DNA of 64,000 bases from Gammaproteobacteria bacterium. GTDB taxonomy: Bacteria; Pseudomonadota; Gammaproteobacteria; Ga0077536. Below the pieces are notes generated by a model. It saw only the letters and a program-made list of their open reading frames with translations. It was not told the origin of the DNA and ran no database searches. Of this stretch, positions 1-8,952 are shown in pieces. Both the position numbers and the translations under genes were made by a program. Positions within the stretch are counted from its first letter, which is position 1. Each line of letters starts with the position of its first letter. The DNA lies in NCBI GenBank assembly GCA_963662545.2, contig CAXXLL010000002.1, forward strand, positions 1,632,001-1,696,000. The letters run 5' to 3'.

Positions 1-714
1 GGCTACTTCGCACGGCCTTACTTTGAAGCGCTCGACACCGCCGGCGGCCATTTCATCGTGCGCGCGGGTCAGGGCATCAATCCGCTGATCCTGTGCGCTC
101 GTCAGACCCATGGGCGGCGGGTTAAACGCTTTGAGAATCAACGCTTGAAAGCGGTGGCATCGACGTTAAAGCGTTTCGACTGCCTCGACATGGTCGTGCA
201 ATTCGACGGCGTGCAGGAACCTTGGACCTGTCGTTTAGTCGTGCACCCCAACCTCAAAGGCACAGCGCCTCGTTATCTCATCACCAATCTCGACGCCGCC
301 ACCTTTACCCCCGAGCATGTCAGCGACGCGTATCGCTTGCGCTGGCAGGTAGAACTGCTCTTCAAAGAGTGGAAGTCTTACGCCAATCTACACGCCTTTG
401 ATACCGCCAACCCGCACATCGCCGAAGGGCTTATCTGGGCCGCACTATGCGCCGCAACGCTGCAGCGCTATTGCGCTCATGTCACCGAGCGCTGGTTGAA
501 CGTCGCCATCTCGACTCATACCGCGGCCAAGTGCATTCATCACGTGCTCGGTCCCATTCTCCATACGCTTATCCATCGGCCCCGCGCTTTACACCGACCG
601 CTCGAACGCGCGTTGCGCTATTTGGCCAGCAACGCTCAGCGCGCAAAACCTGGCCGCGATTGCATTTCGGGACGACTCAAACTCGGCCTCCACCATGTTC
701 ATGCGGCCGCTTAA
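1..714 (+). CDS. IS4-family DDE transposase (5'-partial)
   Basis: Frame open from base 1; motifs ...HFIVRA, YLITNL and YRLRWQVELLFKEWKS. Confidence 0.85.
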   Translation, partial: GYFARPYFEALDTAGGHFIVRAGQGINPLILCARQTHGRRVKRFENQRLKAVASTLKRFDCLDMVVQFDGVQEPWTCRLVVHPNLKGTAPRYLITNLDAATFTPEHVSDAYRLRWQVELLFKEWKSYANLHAFDTANPHIAEGLIWAALCAATLQRYCAHVTERWLNVAISTHTAAKCIHHVLGPILHTLIHRPRALHRPLERALRYLASNAQRAKPGRDCISGRLKLGLHHVHAAA

Positions 715-727
715 GAACTAACCTATG
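1..727 (+). mobile_element. IS4-family insertion sequence, right part (left end outside window)
   Basis: Transposase C-terminus with the IS4 Y-(2)-R-(3)-E-(6)-K signature (YRLRWQVELLFKEWK). The stop codon lies inside a terminal motif CTTAAGAACTAACCTATG (710-727), which reads CATAGG... on the minus strand. Confidence 0.85.
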
Positions 728-767
728 AGTAACGATTAGGTCTGCAATGGGCTCGTAAGCGGTCGTC
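728..767. repeat. Composite palindromic repeat module, copy 1 (unit B 740-764; left part cut by IS4)
   Basis: GTAACGATTAGGTCTGCAATGGGCTCGTAAGCGGTCGTC aligns with GTAAGGATTACGTCCGCAATCCTCTCGAAAGCGGTCGTC at 8989-9027. Confidence 0.8.
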
Positions 768-809
768 CGATAGTTCGGGGGCGCGAGCAAGCGTTATGAG
801 CCGTTCTAA

Positions 810-1097
810 GTCCGGCCGCTTGAGTTCGACAACAAGGCCGTCTACCGCACGCTCGGCATCGTCGTATTGTGCGGTTCCAATACGCGCACCGGGCAGGGCG
901 AACTCGTTTTCGTCAGGGCGATCGGCGGCACCTACAATTTTTACATCGTGCAGAAAATTTGGCGGACGCCGGAGTTCGATATATCTACGGAGTTGCCGGT
1001 GCCCCTCGCCGAACGCCAGACCTGGCTCGAATACCTCACGTCCATTGATGTCTGCGATCTGGGTCTAGGGAACTGTCCGGAATCGGTGAAGGAATAA
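810..1097 (+). pseudogene. 5'-truncated hypothetical gene fragment
   Basis: Protein-like frame (VRPLEFDNKAVYRTLGIVVLCGSNTRTGQGE...CDLGLGNCPESVKE*) begins straight after an in-frame TAA, with no RBS or convincing start. Confidence 0.45.
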
Positions 1098-1122
1098 GCG
1101 GCATTGGGGCTAGCCCGCCCCG

Positions 1123-2214
1123 TTACGCGACCGCTTTACGTTCGCCGAATCCGGTTTGAAATCGTGGCGCCACCTCGTTGGCGAACATCGTCATCGACCG
1201 CTCAATTTTTTCGAACGGCAAAGCGTACAGATCGCAATGCGCGACGAAATGGTTGTAACCCATCTCGATGTGGCGTTCGATTTTCTCGGCCACTGTGTCC
1301 GGTGAACCGACAAACAAGAGATCCAACACCTGTTCCATAACCTCCGGTTTCCCCAGGCTTTTCAGCATATTGAACAGCGCCATCCAGGATTCATAGCCCT
1401 TGATCTTGTCGAAGCGCGTGCTATCCACGGTGTAGTGTCTTTGTTGCAATTGAAAAAAACGGGTCATGGTTTCGCGTGCAATCGCGTAGGCCTCTGCGTC
1501 GGTCTCGGCAATGACCGTCGGCACCCAATTAATGCGGTCGGCGCTCGTATCGCCGCCAATTTCCGCGGTGACCTTCGCCCATTCCTTGATGTTTGCCTCC
1601 TGAACCTCCGGGTCGGGATAACCCGCATTCAACACCGGCAGACCCATTTCGGCGTATTTGCGGGCGCTGGTCGGATTCGCATACGGCCCGTAAAACGTGA
1701 TGTTTTCCGTCCTTGCCCGCGGTCGCAGTTCAACCTCCCGGGTGACGCTCACGAACTCGCCCTCATAGGTAAAGCTGCCCCCGGCCAACGCTTTTCGCAG
1801 GATCGCCAGCGCATCATTGAAGCGCCCCTGGGCGTCCGGCATGGGCACGCCGTAGGCCTCATGTTCCATCGGCGCCGTCCCGCGACCCACGCCCATATAG
1901 AGATGCCCATCGGTTTGGTTCGACAACATCGCGATCTCGGCCGCGAGGCGCAACGGCTGATACCATGGCAGCACTAAGACGCAGGTGCCGAGACCCAGTT
2001 CCGGGCATTGCGAAGCGATCTGGGAGAGCGTGATCATCGGGCTCGGTGTTGCATAGTAGTCGGTGAAATGATGCTCGGCCACCCAGACCGCCTCATAGCC
2101 CAGATCCCGCCCCAGCCGAGCGATCTTCATGCGTGTTTGGTAGATTGTGTGGTCGTCCGAACCGAGTGCATCCGTCGGGTTTGCGGAAAAATCAAAATGA
2201 ATGTCCTGTGTCAC
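1123..2214 (-). CDS. LLM-class (luciferase-like) flavin-dependent oxidoreductase
   Basis: VWVAEHHF, PLRLAAEIAML and GVGRG motifs; GGAGGA RBS upstream of the GTG start. Confidence 0.9.
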   Translation of the reverse strand: MTQDIHFDFSANPTDALGSDDHTIYQTRMKIARLGRDLGYEAVWVAEHHFTDYYATPSPMITLSQIASQCPELGLGTCVLVLPWYQPLRLAAEIAMLSNQTDGHLYMGVGRGTAPMEHEAYGVPMPDAQGRFNDALAILRKALAGGSFTYEGEFVSVTREVELRPRARTENITFYGPYANPTSARKYAEMGLPVLNAGYPDPEVQEANIKEWAKVTAEIGGDTSADRINWVPTVIAETDAEAYAIARETMTRFFQLQQRHYTVDSTRFDKIKGYESWMALFNMLKSLGKPEVMEQVLDLLFVGSPDTVAEKIERHIEMGYNHFVAHCDLYALPFEKIERSMTMFANEVAPRFQTGFGERKAVA

Positions 2215-2290
2215 TGACGATCCTCCAATAAACCAAGCCTAAGATAATGGCGCATTTTCACATGTAACGGCGGCTTATGACACCCGTGAT

Positions 2291-3312
2291 GTCCGTTATG
2301 GGTGTGCGCCGTGCAAAGGCGGCGTTCTTCAGTGGGTGCAAGTCCCACCCGGCAACTGTCGCTCCAGCCGGAAGCAATCGGAGCAGTCATGGAGGTAACA
2401 AGATGGCTGAAGCCTTCGGTGTAGAGGGTCACTAGGTGACTTGGCGAGTGTGCAGGCCGTAAGGTGAGTGAACGCTGAGCAAGCCTCGAAAAGGACGATG
2501 CACGTGCCGACCGGTCAACCCCTATCGGGAAGGCTGAAAGGGCTGGGGAAGCGAGCGATGAGCGCACCCAGTCGGCGTGCCGGGGTAGTGGCGATGGCAT
2601 GTACACAGAGGAGAACGCGCGCAACACGGGAAGCCCGATGGCGTGGTCGGTCGTGGCGATCAACCGGAGACCGGTGACGGTCAGAGAGGGCGCTATGGGG
2701 TGGCGGAGAGGCCCGTAGTACTGAGGAAGCCGGGTAATGCTGGTGGAGGGAAGGGGCCTTAGTTCAAGACGGGCACTGAAAGCGGCAAAGCACAGGAGAT
2801 TGGGGCAACCCTAGGCAACTCCGGTAAGGTGCGGGCGCGGTGGAAGGCGTCACATGTTGAAGCGAAGGAAGAACCCGGATTGCGATCTGGGAAGCGAATG
2901 CCCACCCAAGTGGTGGCATTGGCGGTTGTGTGCAGAACGCTCGGTTCGTGCACGTCGGGATACACGGCCCGGTGTGGTGGGTCGGGTGAACTGCGGATGA
3001 CCTTTCGTGTGCCAAGGCATGAGTCTTGTCCGAGAGCCGGATGCGGTAGTTCCGCCTGTCCGGTTCGATGAGGAGGATGTGGAAACGGAGTGATGGTCCG
3101 GCTATTGAGGCACCGCCAGACGAAAGGGGCGGCAACAGATTGGCTGAACCTTAGACCACCGCGCCACATCCTTACTCTACCGATAGCCGCCTGATCGCGG
3201 CAGTGCAGCACCGCTAAAGTTTACGTCTGCAATGCGCTTGTAAGCGGTCGTCGAGTTGCTTCAAGCATCGAGTCGAGAGGGTACGACGACTTTCGACCAA
3301 CCAGAAGCGGTC
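2291..3312. repeat. Composite repeat module, copy 2 (unit A 2291-2303 + 3181-3191 split by the intron; unit B 3225-3249; unit C 3285-3312)
   Basis: Removing the intron restores the 24-bp unit GTCCGTTATGGGT|CGATAGCCGCC, followed by the GCAGTGCAGCA spacer and GTCTGCAATGCGCTTGTAAGCGGTC. Confidence 0.8.
2304..3180 (+). ncRNA. ORF-less (RT-deleted) group II intron, 877 nt
   Basis: 5' end GTGCG; domain V GAGCCGGATGCGG...CCGCCTGTCCGGTTC (3034-3066) with the AGC triad; long domain VI ending ...CCTTACTCTAC. Only relics of the start and end of the RT ORF remain in domain IV. Confidence 0.9.
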
Positions 3313-3423
3313 CTTCTCGGCCCGAACTCCGGCGTTTAATAACGCGGAAATAGGCGGTGCGCGCCGCGCCAGTGGCTTACGGGTGTACAATGCACGAGGA
3401 CTAACCGCGGAGATGCTAAGACC

Positions 3424-3894
3424 ATGAGCGCCAAACCCATCACCACGCCGCCCGGCTGTGACCTGTACGACCATGAGATCGATTGGCAGCCCTTCGCCGG
3501 CATCGAAAACCTCGAACTCACACTGTGTGATCTCGACGAAGAACGCCACGTAGTCGATCTGATCGTGCGCTTCGCGCCTAACAAGACCGTGACTATGCAT
3601 AATCACCTGGCGCAGACCAACATGCTCATCATCCAGGGGGAACTGCGCATGTACGAACCAGACGGCAGCATCCGCGAGGCGCGACCGGCCGGACGCTATT
3701 ACCGCGGTCGCACCGACGACACACACAGCGAGGGCGGCGGCCCGGACGGCGCGGTGGTCTTCTACAGCATGCGCTGCGACGGTGCGCACGACGTACTTGA
3801 AATTATGGACGAAGCTGCCAACGTGCAGGCGACGTTGACCATGGATGACGTTCGGGCGGCGTGGGACGCGCAGCAGCAAGCCCGTTCGGCGTGA
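3424..3894 (+). CDS. Cupin-domain protein (ChrR-like)
   Basis: Cupin metal motifs MHNHLAQT...QGEL and THSEGG; GGAG RBS. Confidence 0.8.
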   Translation: MSAKPITTPPGCDLYDHEIDWQPFAGIENLELTLCDLDEERHVVDLIVRFAPNKTVTMHNHLAQTNMLIIQGELRMYEPDGSIREARPAGRYYRGRTDDTHSEGGGPDGAVVFYSMRCDGAHDVLEIMDEAANVQATLTMDDVRAAWDAQQQARSA

Positions 3895-3967
3895 CGAGCG
3901 TGCGTATAGTCACTGTTCAATCAATTTCAGCGTCTCCTTAGAAGAAAACTGGAAACCAGGGTCGTGG

Positions 3968-4272
3968 GACCGCTCAGGGTCGTGAGCCGCCCACTCACGG
4001 CAGTGCAGTACCGCTCCAAATCACGTCTGCAATACCCTCAATAGCGGTCGCCCACTAGCGTTCGGCGGAACGTTAGCCGAGCAGGTCAGCTCACGGCCGA
4101 GGCTGTGTGAAAACTCAAAAACGGGACGACGAAAATAAAAAATTCTCCACCAACATAGTAGTTAAGGCCGTTGAAAAGGGATCGACATTTCAATTAGATC
4201 CAATTTCGAGTGTAGTTCCCCCACTTTTGAAAAACCAAAATAGTTTTCACACAGCCTCGGCCATGATCGGTC
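3968..4272. repeat. Composite repeat module, copy 3 (A 3968-3991, B 4025-4049, C 4085-4098 + 4263-4272 split by a MITE)
   Basis: Colinear with the copy at 8953-9254 over about 120 bp, including the spacer TAGCGTTCGGCGGAAC. Confidence 0.85.
4099..4258. mobile_element. MITE 1, IS1182-like ends, 160 bp
   Basis: Perfect 17-bp TIR GAGGCTGTGTGAAAACT / AGTTTTCACACAGCCTC; GGCC duplicated at 4095-4098 and 4259-4262; AT-rich non-coding interior. Confidence 0.88.
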
Positions 4273-4863
4273 ATAAACATCTTCATACTTTGCAAAAGAA
4301 AACCCCGCGCTAAGGTGGAGCTTCGTATTCTGATAGCGGTCCGGCATTCCTTCCGCCCGAGCACCCCCGCAAGCGAAGTTGCCGACCCTCAACGACTGAG
4401 GCTCGATGTCACCCCTAAACTCAACCACGGATGCCAGGCCTCTTAAGCCAACGGTCACAGCCTCGCGCGCCCACACCCCTGTAGCACCAGCCAACGCCGA
4501 ACATCGACCACCGAACAACGCTAAACTCGGCTCATCACCGCCTCAGAACTACTCAATTGGTTCTCGTTGACGAGACGCGCGACCGACGCATGGTCGAAAA
4601 ATGGCCGTTATTCGCTCTAGACTCCGATCTGCAATCTCCCCACAATCGTGATCGAGTATGTCACGTGCTCCAAATGGTAATTGTTACAAAGGGGGTCATA
4701 AGTAACCGATCATTGCCACAGACTTTGGTGCGCTACGGAGTACGTTTTTCCAATGAAGTGATGTTCGGATACTTTGTTTCGCCTTAGTAACTAGTGTGTA
4801 GTGCCCATCCAGGCTACATATTCGGATCTTCGTTTAACATAGCGCGGACCGGTTAACTGGGGG

Positions 4864-5517
4864 ATGACGTTGGCGAAGCTCGAGTTCTTCTTCGATTTTG
4901 CCAGCCCGTGGACCTATATGGCCTACTGCCGTGTCGAATCGATCGTCGCGGAGACCGGGTCGGATCTCGAATGGCGGCCGTTCGACATGAGCGACGTGTT
5001 CTAGAAGGCCAACCCCGGTGTTGCGACGATGCGCGCAAACCCCGTGCCTGCCAAAATCACGCACTATTACAAGGATATGCAGGATTGGGCGCGACGCCTT
5101 GGCATTACGATCGGCCGGCCGCCGGTATACGGCGGCGCTGCGCAACAATTACGCTGCGTTAAAGCGCTTAGCGGCGCATTGATCGCGCTGGAGCGAGATT
5201 GCATATCCGATTACTCACGTGCGATGTTCGAAGCGTACTGGCACGACTTGCGTGATCTTTCCGATGACGATGTATTGACCAATATCGTCTCGGATCTGGG
5301 CTTTGATGCGTCTGAATTTCTACAACGAGTCAACTCATCCGAGTTAAAAAACGAAATCGTCGCAAACGCCGAAGAGCTCATAGCCCGAGGCGGCTTCGGT
5401 TCGCCGACCTTTTTCGTCGACGGTGATGATATGTATTTCGGCAATGATCGGTTGGACTTCATACGTGAAGCACTATCGCATCGTCCAGATATCGCCGCGG
5501 GTAGCGGGCAGGGTTAA
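4864..5517 (+). pseudogene. 2-hydroxychromene-2-carboxylate isomerase / DsbA-family (GST-kappa-like) gene with an internal stop
   Basis: KLEFFFDFASPWTY at the N-terminus and GGFGSPTFFV...FGNDRL at the C-terminus are in one frame, interrupted by TAG at 5002-5004. Confidence 0.85.
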
Positions 5518-5522
5518 CGAGC

Positions 5523-6275
5523 TTGGAAGGCCAGGTCGCAATTGTAACCGGCGCTGGCAGCGGCATCGGCGCGGCCATCGTACGTGAATTCGTAACGTTG
5601 GGGGCTGCGGTGCTGATCGTGGACATCGATGGTGACCATGCTGCGAAGGTAGCGAAAGAACTGACAGACACCGGCGGGCACGCCGCGAGTTTAACGGTTG
5701 ACGTCACCGATCAAGCACAGGTCGACACCATCTCCAGCGCCGCGATCGAGCAATTCGGTGCCATTCATATCCTCGTGAACTGTGCCGGCATCGGTGAAAA
5801 CACGACGATCGCTGAGCACAGTATCGAACAATTCGAACGCATCATCGCGGTCAACTTGACTGGTAGCTACCGCTGTATCCGTGAGGTCATGGGCGAGATG
5901 ATGGCGCGCAAGTACGGCCGGATCATCAATGTGTCATCGGTCGCGGGGCTGCGCGGATGCGCGGGCCGTATCGGTTACGGCACGTCGAAGGCTGGCGTCA
6001 TCGGCTTGACCAAACATGCTGCGGTGGAGTTGGCGCCCTACAACATCACTGTCAACGCCATCGCGCCGGGTCCTATCGACACACCGTTGACCCAGGCGAT
6101 CCACCCACCAGACACGCGTGAGCAGTTCAACCGGGTTATCCCGCTGCACCGCTATGGTACGCTGGACGAAGTCGCGTTCAGCGTGGCCTTTTTGGCATCC
6201 GAGCGCGCGAGCTACATGACCGGACACACGCTCACCCTCGACGGCGGTTTCAGTTCGTCGGTCGCCATTTTCTGA
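5523..6275 (+). CDS. SDR-family NAD(P)-dependent oxidoreductase (FabG-like)
   Basis: TGAGSGIG, NCAG, YGTSK and NAIAPG motifs. Confidence 0.92.
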   Translation: MEGQVAIVTGAGSGIGAAIVREFVTLGAAVLIVDIDGDHAAKVAKELTDTGGHAASLTVDVTDQAQVDTISSAAIEQFGAIHILVNCAGIGENTTIAEHSIEQFERIIAVNLTGSYRCIREVMGEMMARKYGRIINVSSVAGLRGCAGRIGYGTSKAGVIGLTKHAAVELAPYNITVNAIAPGPIDTPLTQAIHPPDTREQFNRVIPLHRYGTLDEVAFSVAFLASERASYMTGHTLTLDGGFSSSVAIF

Positions 6276-6285
6276 AGGAGATCCC

Positions 6286-7353
6286 ATGAGATTTAGCATC
6301 ATTATCGTCCCGCAAGTTCGAGACGGGGAGCCTGAAGTATTCGAACAGATCGTTGAACAGATCGAATATGCCGAAGAGCTTGGCTACGACACCGTTTGGC
6401 TGACCGAACACCATTTCAGCCCCTACGGGCGGGCGGCCGTGCCGAGTATTGCGGCCCATGCCATCGCGCGGACCAAAAAAATTCGGATCAGCACGGCCGT
6501 TGTGGTTCTACCGTTTCATCACCCCGTGCGGGTCGCCGAAGAGTGGGCAACCCTCGATCACATGTCCAAGGGCCGTGTAGACGTCGGTCTCGGTCGGGGT
6601 AACCAGCCCGCGGAGTTCAAAGGTTTCGGCATTCCCATGGACGAGGCCGAACAGCGCTTCGCCGAATCCTTGGCGATCATCAAGCGCGCTTGGACCGAAG
6701 AGCGGTTCTCCTACGCTGGGCAATTCTGGCAGATCGAAGATCTGTCGGTACTACCCAAACCCTTTACGAAACCCCATCCGCCGTTATGGCAGGCCGCTTT
6801 GAGCGACTATACCGTCCAGAAGGTCATCGACCGCGACATCAACGGTCTGATCGGACCTTATCTGTGTCCGTACGAAACCTTGAAAACGAATTATTTCGAC
6901 GTGTGGCACGGACGTCTCCGCGAAGCCGGTCGAACTGATCTGGCCTTAGCACACAATGAGTTCGTCTATGTCGGCGAGAGTGACGCACAAGTCAAAGCCG
7001 ACATCGAGGAAAACATCATGTGGTATATCCGCACGGCCGCGAAGATTTGGGGCGAGCGCGATCGAAGCAAAGTCGCGAGTCAGTACGCGAATTACAACGA
7101 CATTCTCGAATACCTCGACGTCGTCCCATTCAGCGAGGTCTATAACGAATTGGGTATGTTCGGAACGCCCGACGCGGTAGCGGAAAAAGTCCGTTGGATG
7201 CGCGACGAAGGCGGTGTCGAGCAACTCATTAACTTCACGTGGTTTGGCGGCATCAGTCAGGAAAAGGCACTGCGCAACATGGAGCTGTTTGCGCACGAAG
7301 TGATGCCGCGGTTTAAGGAGCTGGTAGAAGTCGCCGGCGCGTTCGGGGCTTAA
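6286..7353 (+). CDS. LLM-class flavin-dependent oxidoreductase
   Basis: WLTEHHF, HPVRVAEEWATLD and GLGRG motifs; GAAGGAG RBS. Confidence 0.92.
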   Translation: MRFSIIIVPQVRDGEPEVFEQIVEQIEYAEELGYDTVWLTEHHFSPYGRAAVPSIAAHAIARTKKIRISTAVVVLPFHHPVRVAEEWATLDHMSKGRVDVGLGRGNQPAEFKGFGIPMDEAEQRFAESLAIIKRAWTEERFSYAGQFWQIEDLSVLPKPFTKPHPPLWQAALSDYTVQKVIDRDINGLIGPYLCPYETLKTNYFDVWHGRLREAGRTDLALAHNEFVYVGESDAQVKADIEENIMWYIRTAAKIWGERDRSKVASQYANYNDILEYLDVVPFSEVYNELGMFGTPDAVAEKVRWMRDEGGVEQLINFTWFGGISQEKALRNMELFAHEVMPRFKELVEVAGAFGA

Positions 7354-7394
7354 TTAGAGACCGTCGCGAAATTTACAGCACGGAGAAGCGCTCG

Positions 7395-8450
7395 ATGGGT
7401 GAGGAAACATTGAATAGAGAAATGATCGACGTATTTCGCGAAGAGTTGCGGCTTTGCGGTGTAGGTCCCGGCGAGAAGGTCGCGGTGCTGTCCGAAGGCG
7501 ATATCTTGCAAGATTACTCAGAGGCGTTTTTGCACGGTGCTGAAGAACTCGGCGCGGACGCCGTGCGCGTCAACGTCGCCGCGTCAGATACCAATGCCGG
7601 TGCGGAAGCGCGCCTCGCAGATTTGGGCACGAGTGCCTTGTCGACCGACCGTGAGTCGTTGGAGACGCTCAAAGGGTCTGACCTGGTCGTCGATCTGATG
7701 CTGCTGTTGTTTTCAAAAGAGCAACTCGAGATCCAGGCCTCGGGTACCCGCATCTTGCTCGCAGTCGAGCCTTTTGAATCCTTGAAACGTCTGTTCCCGA
7801 CGGACGCCCAGCGTAAGCGCGTGGAGTCCGGCGCGCGTCGCATGTTCGCAGCCGAGACCCTGCGGTTTACCAATGGCGTTGGCACCGACGTCCGCTATGA
7901 ACTGTTAAAGGGGCCGCCAACCAAATGCGTCATCACCGAATACGGTTTCACCGATATTCCCGGTCGCTGGGACCACTGGCCAAGCGGCTTTCTCGCCTCG
8001 GCTGGGACTAAGACGGGCGTCGAAGGACGGGTGGTGATGGATGTCGATGACATGATCTTGCCGTGGAAGCAGCTACTGCGCGCTCCCATCGATTTAACCA
8101 TTCGCGACGGCGTGATCACCGATGTCGCGGGAGGCGATGACGCGAAACAGTTTCGTGAGTACGTCGAAAGTTTTGAAGACCCGCGCGCCTATGGGATTTC
8201 ACACATTGGCTGGGGACTGAACGAAAACGCGAATTGGGATGTGAACGTGCCCGGCATCTGTCAGGACGGACGCGCCTACTACGGCAACGTGCTTTTTTCG
8301 ATCGGCCCGAATATCGAATTCGGCGGTGACAACGATACCGCCTGTCACCTGGATCTACCGATGAAGAATTGTTCGCTGTGGCTGGATGATGATCTGATCG
8401 TCGAAAACGGTCGCGTCATTCCCGACGATATGCGGGCGCCGGGGCGTTAG
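7395..8450 (+). CDS. nicX: 2,5-dihydroxypyridine 5,6-dioxygenase-like protein (NicX family, peptidase M29-like fold)
   Basis: Segments GTRILLAVEP, TEYG...PGRWDHWPSGFL, YGISHIGWGL and CHLD match my recollection of NicX, including the His/His/Asp iron ligands. Exact substrate is uncertain. Confidence 0.75.
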   Translation: MGEETLNREMIDVFREELRLCGVGPGEKVAVLSEGDILQDYSEAFLHGAEELGADAVRVNVAASDTNAGAEARLADLGTSALSTDRESLETLKGSDLVVDLMLLLFSKEQLEIQASGTRILLAVEPFESLKRLFPTDAQRKRVESGARRMFAAETLRFTNGVGTDVRYELLKGPPTKCVITEYGFTDIPGRWDHWPSGFLASAGTKTGVEGRVVMDVDDMILPWKQLLRAPIDLTIRDGVITDVAGGDDAKQFREYVESFEDPRAYGISHIGWGLNENANWDVNVPGICQDGRAYYGNVLFSIGPNIEFGGDNDTACHLDLPMKNCSLWLDDDLIVENGRVIPDDMRAPGR

Positions 8451-8462
8451 ACCAGGCAACGC

Positions 8463-8563
8463 ATGTCCCACACCGAAATCTGCCGCATGGATGCGGCCAC
8501 ACTCGCCGACAACATTCGTTCCAAGGCACTCTCGCCTACCGAGGTCATCGAGGCTGTCCTGCC
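8463..8563 (+). pseudogene. Amidase-family gene, N-terminal ~33 codons only
   Basis: MSHTEICRMDAATLADNIRSKALSPTEVIEAVL is a typical amidase/GatA N-terminus; it switches abruptly into transposase sequence. Confidence 0.75.
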
Positions 8564-8935
8564 CTCGCGGCACTCATTCCCAAACTCCGCGTCAACCTCA
8601 TCCGCTACCACGGCGTGTTCACCCCGAACAGTCCACACCGCGCAGCGGACACCCCCGCCCGTCGCGGCCGCAAAGCGCCAGGTACCAAGGGTTCCGAAAC
8701 ACCCGTCGAGCGCCGCGCCGCCATGAGCTGGGCGCAACGCCTCAAGCGCGTGTTCAACATCGACATTGAAACCTGCGAGGTATGTGGCGGTGCGGTGAAG
8801 GTCATCGCCTGCATCGAAGATCCCGCTGTCATCCAACGCATCCTCGACCATCTCGACCACCGCTCTGCACAGCCGACGCTTGTCTGCGTCCTTCCTTCAC
8901 TACCGCTCCGGTCGGCCGAAGCAAACGCACGATAA
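8564..8935 (+). pseudogene. IS91-family (Y2 HUH, rolling-circle) transposase, C-terminal remnant
   Basis: LAALIPKLRVNLIRYHGVFTPNS and MSWAQRLKRVFNIDIETCEVCGGAVKVIACIEDPAVIQRILDHL; the catalytic N-terminal part is absent. Confidence 0.85.
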
Positions 8936-8952
8936 TGCATCGCAACAAGTCC

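Noticed and set aside
2211-3211. Track ORFs overlapping the intron (2211-2663, 2468-2677, 2759-3211, 2764-3135, 2829-3071)
   Set aside because: They are spurious frames across structured intron RNA, with no RT motifs such as YADD.
4107-4313. 68-aa Lys-rich ORF
   Set aside because: It starts inside the TIR of MITE 1 and lies mostly within it; the other MITE copies do not preserve the frame.
8447-8860. 137-aa minus-strand ORF
   Set aside because: It is the antisense shadow of the IS91-family transposase remnant.
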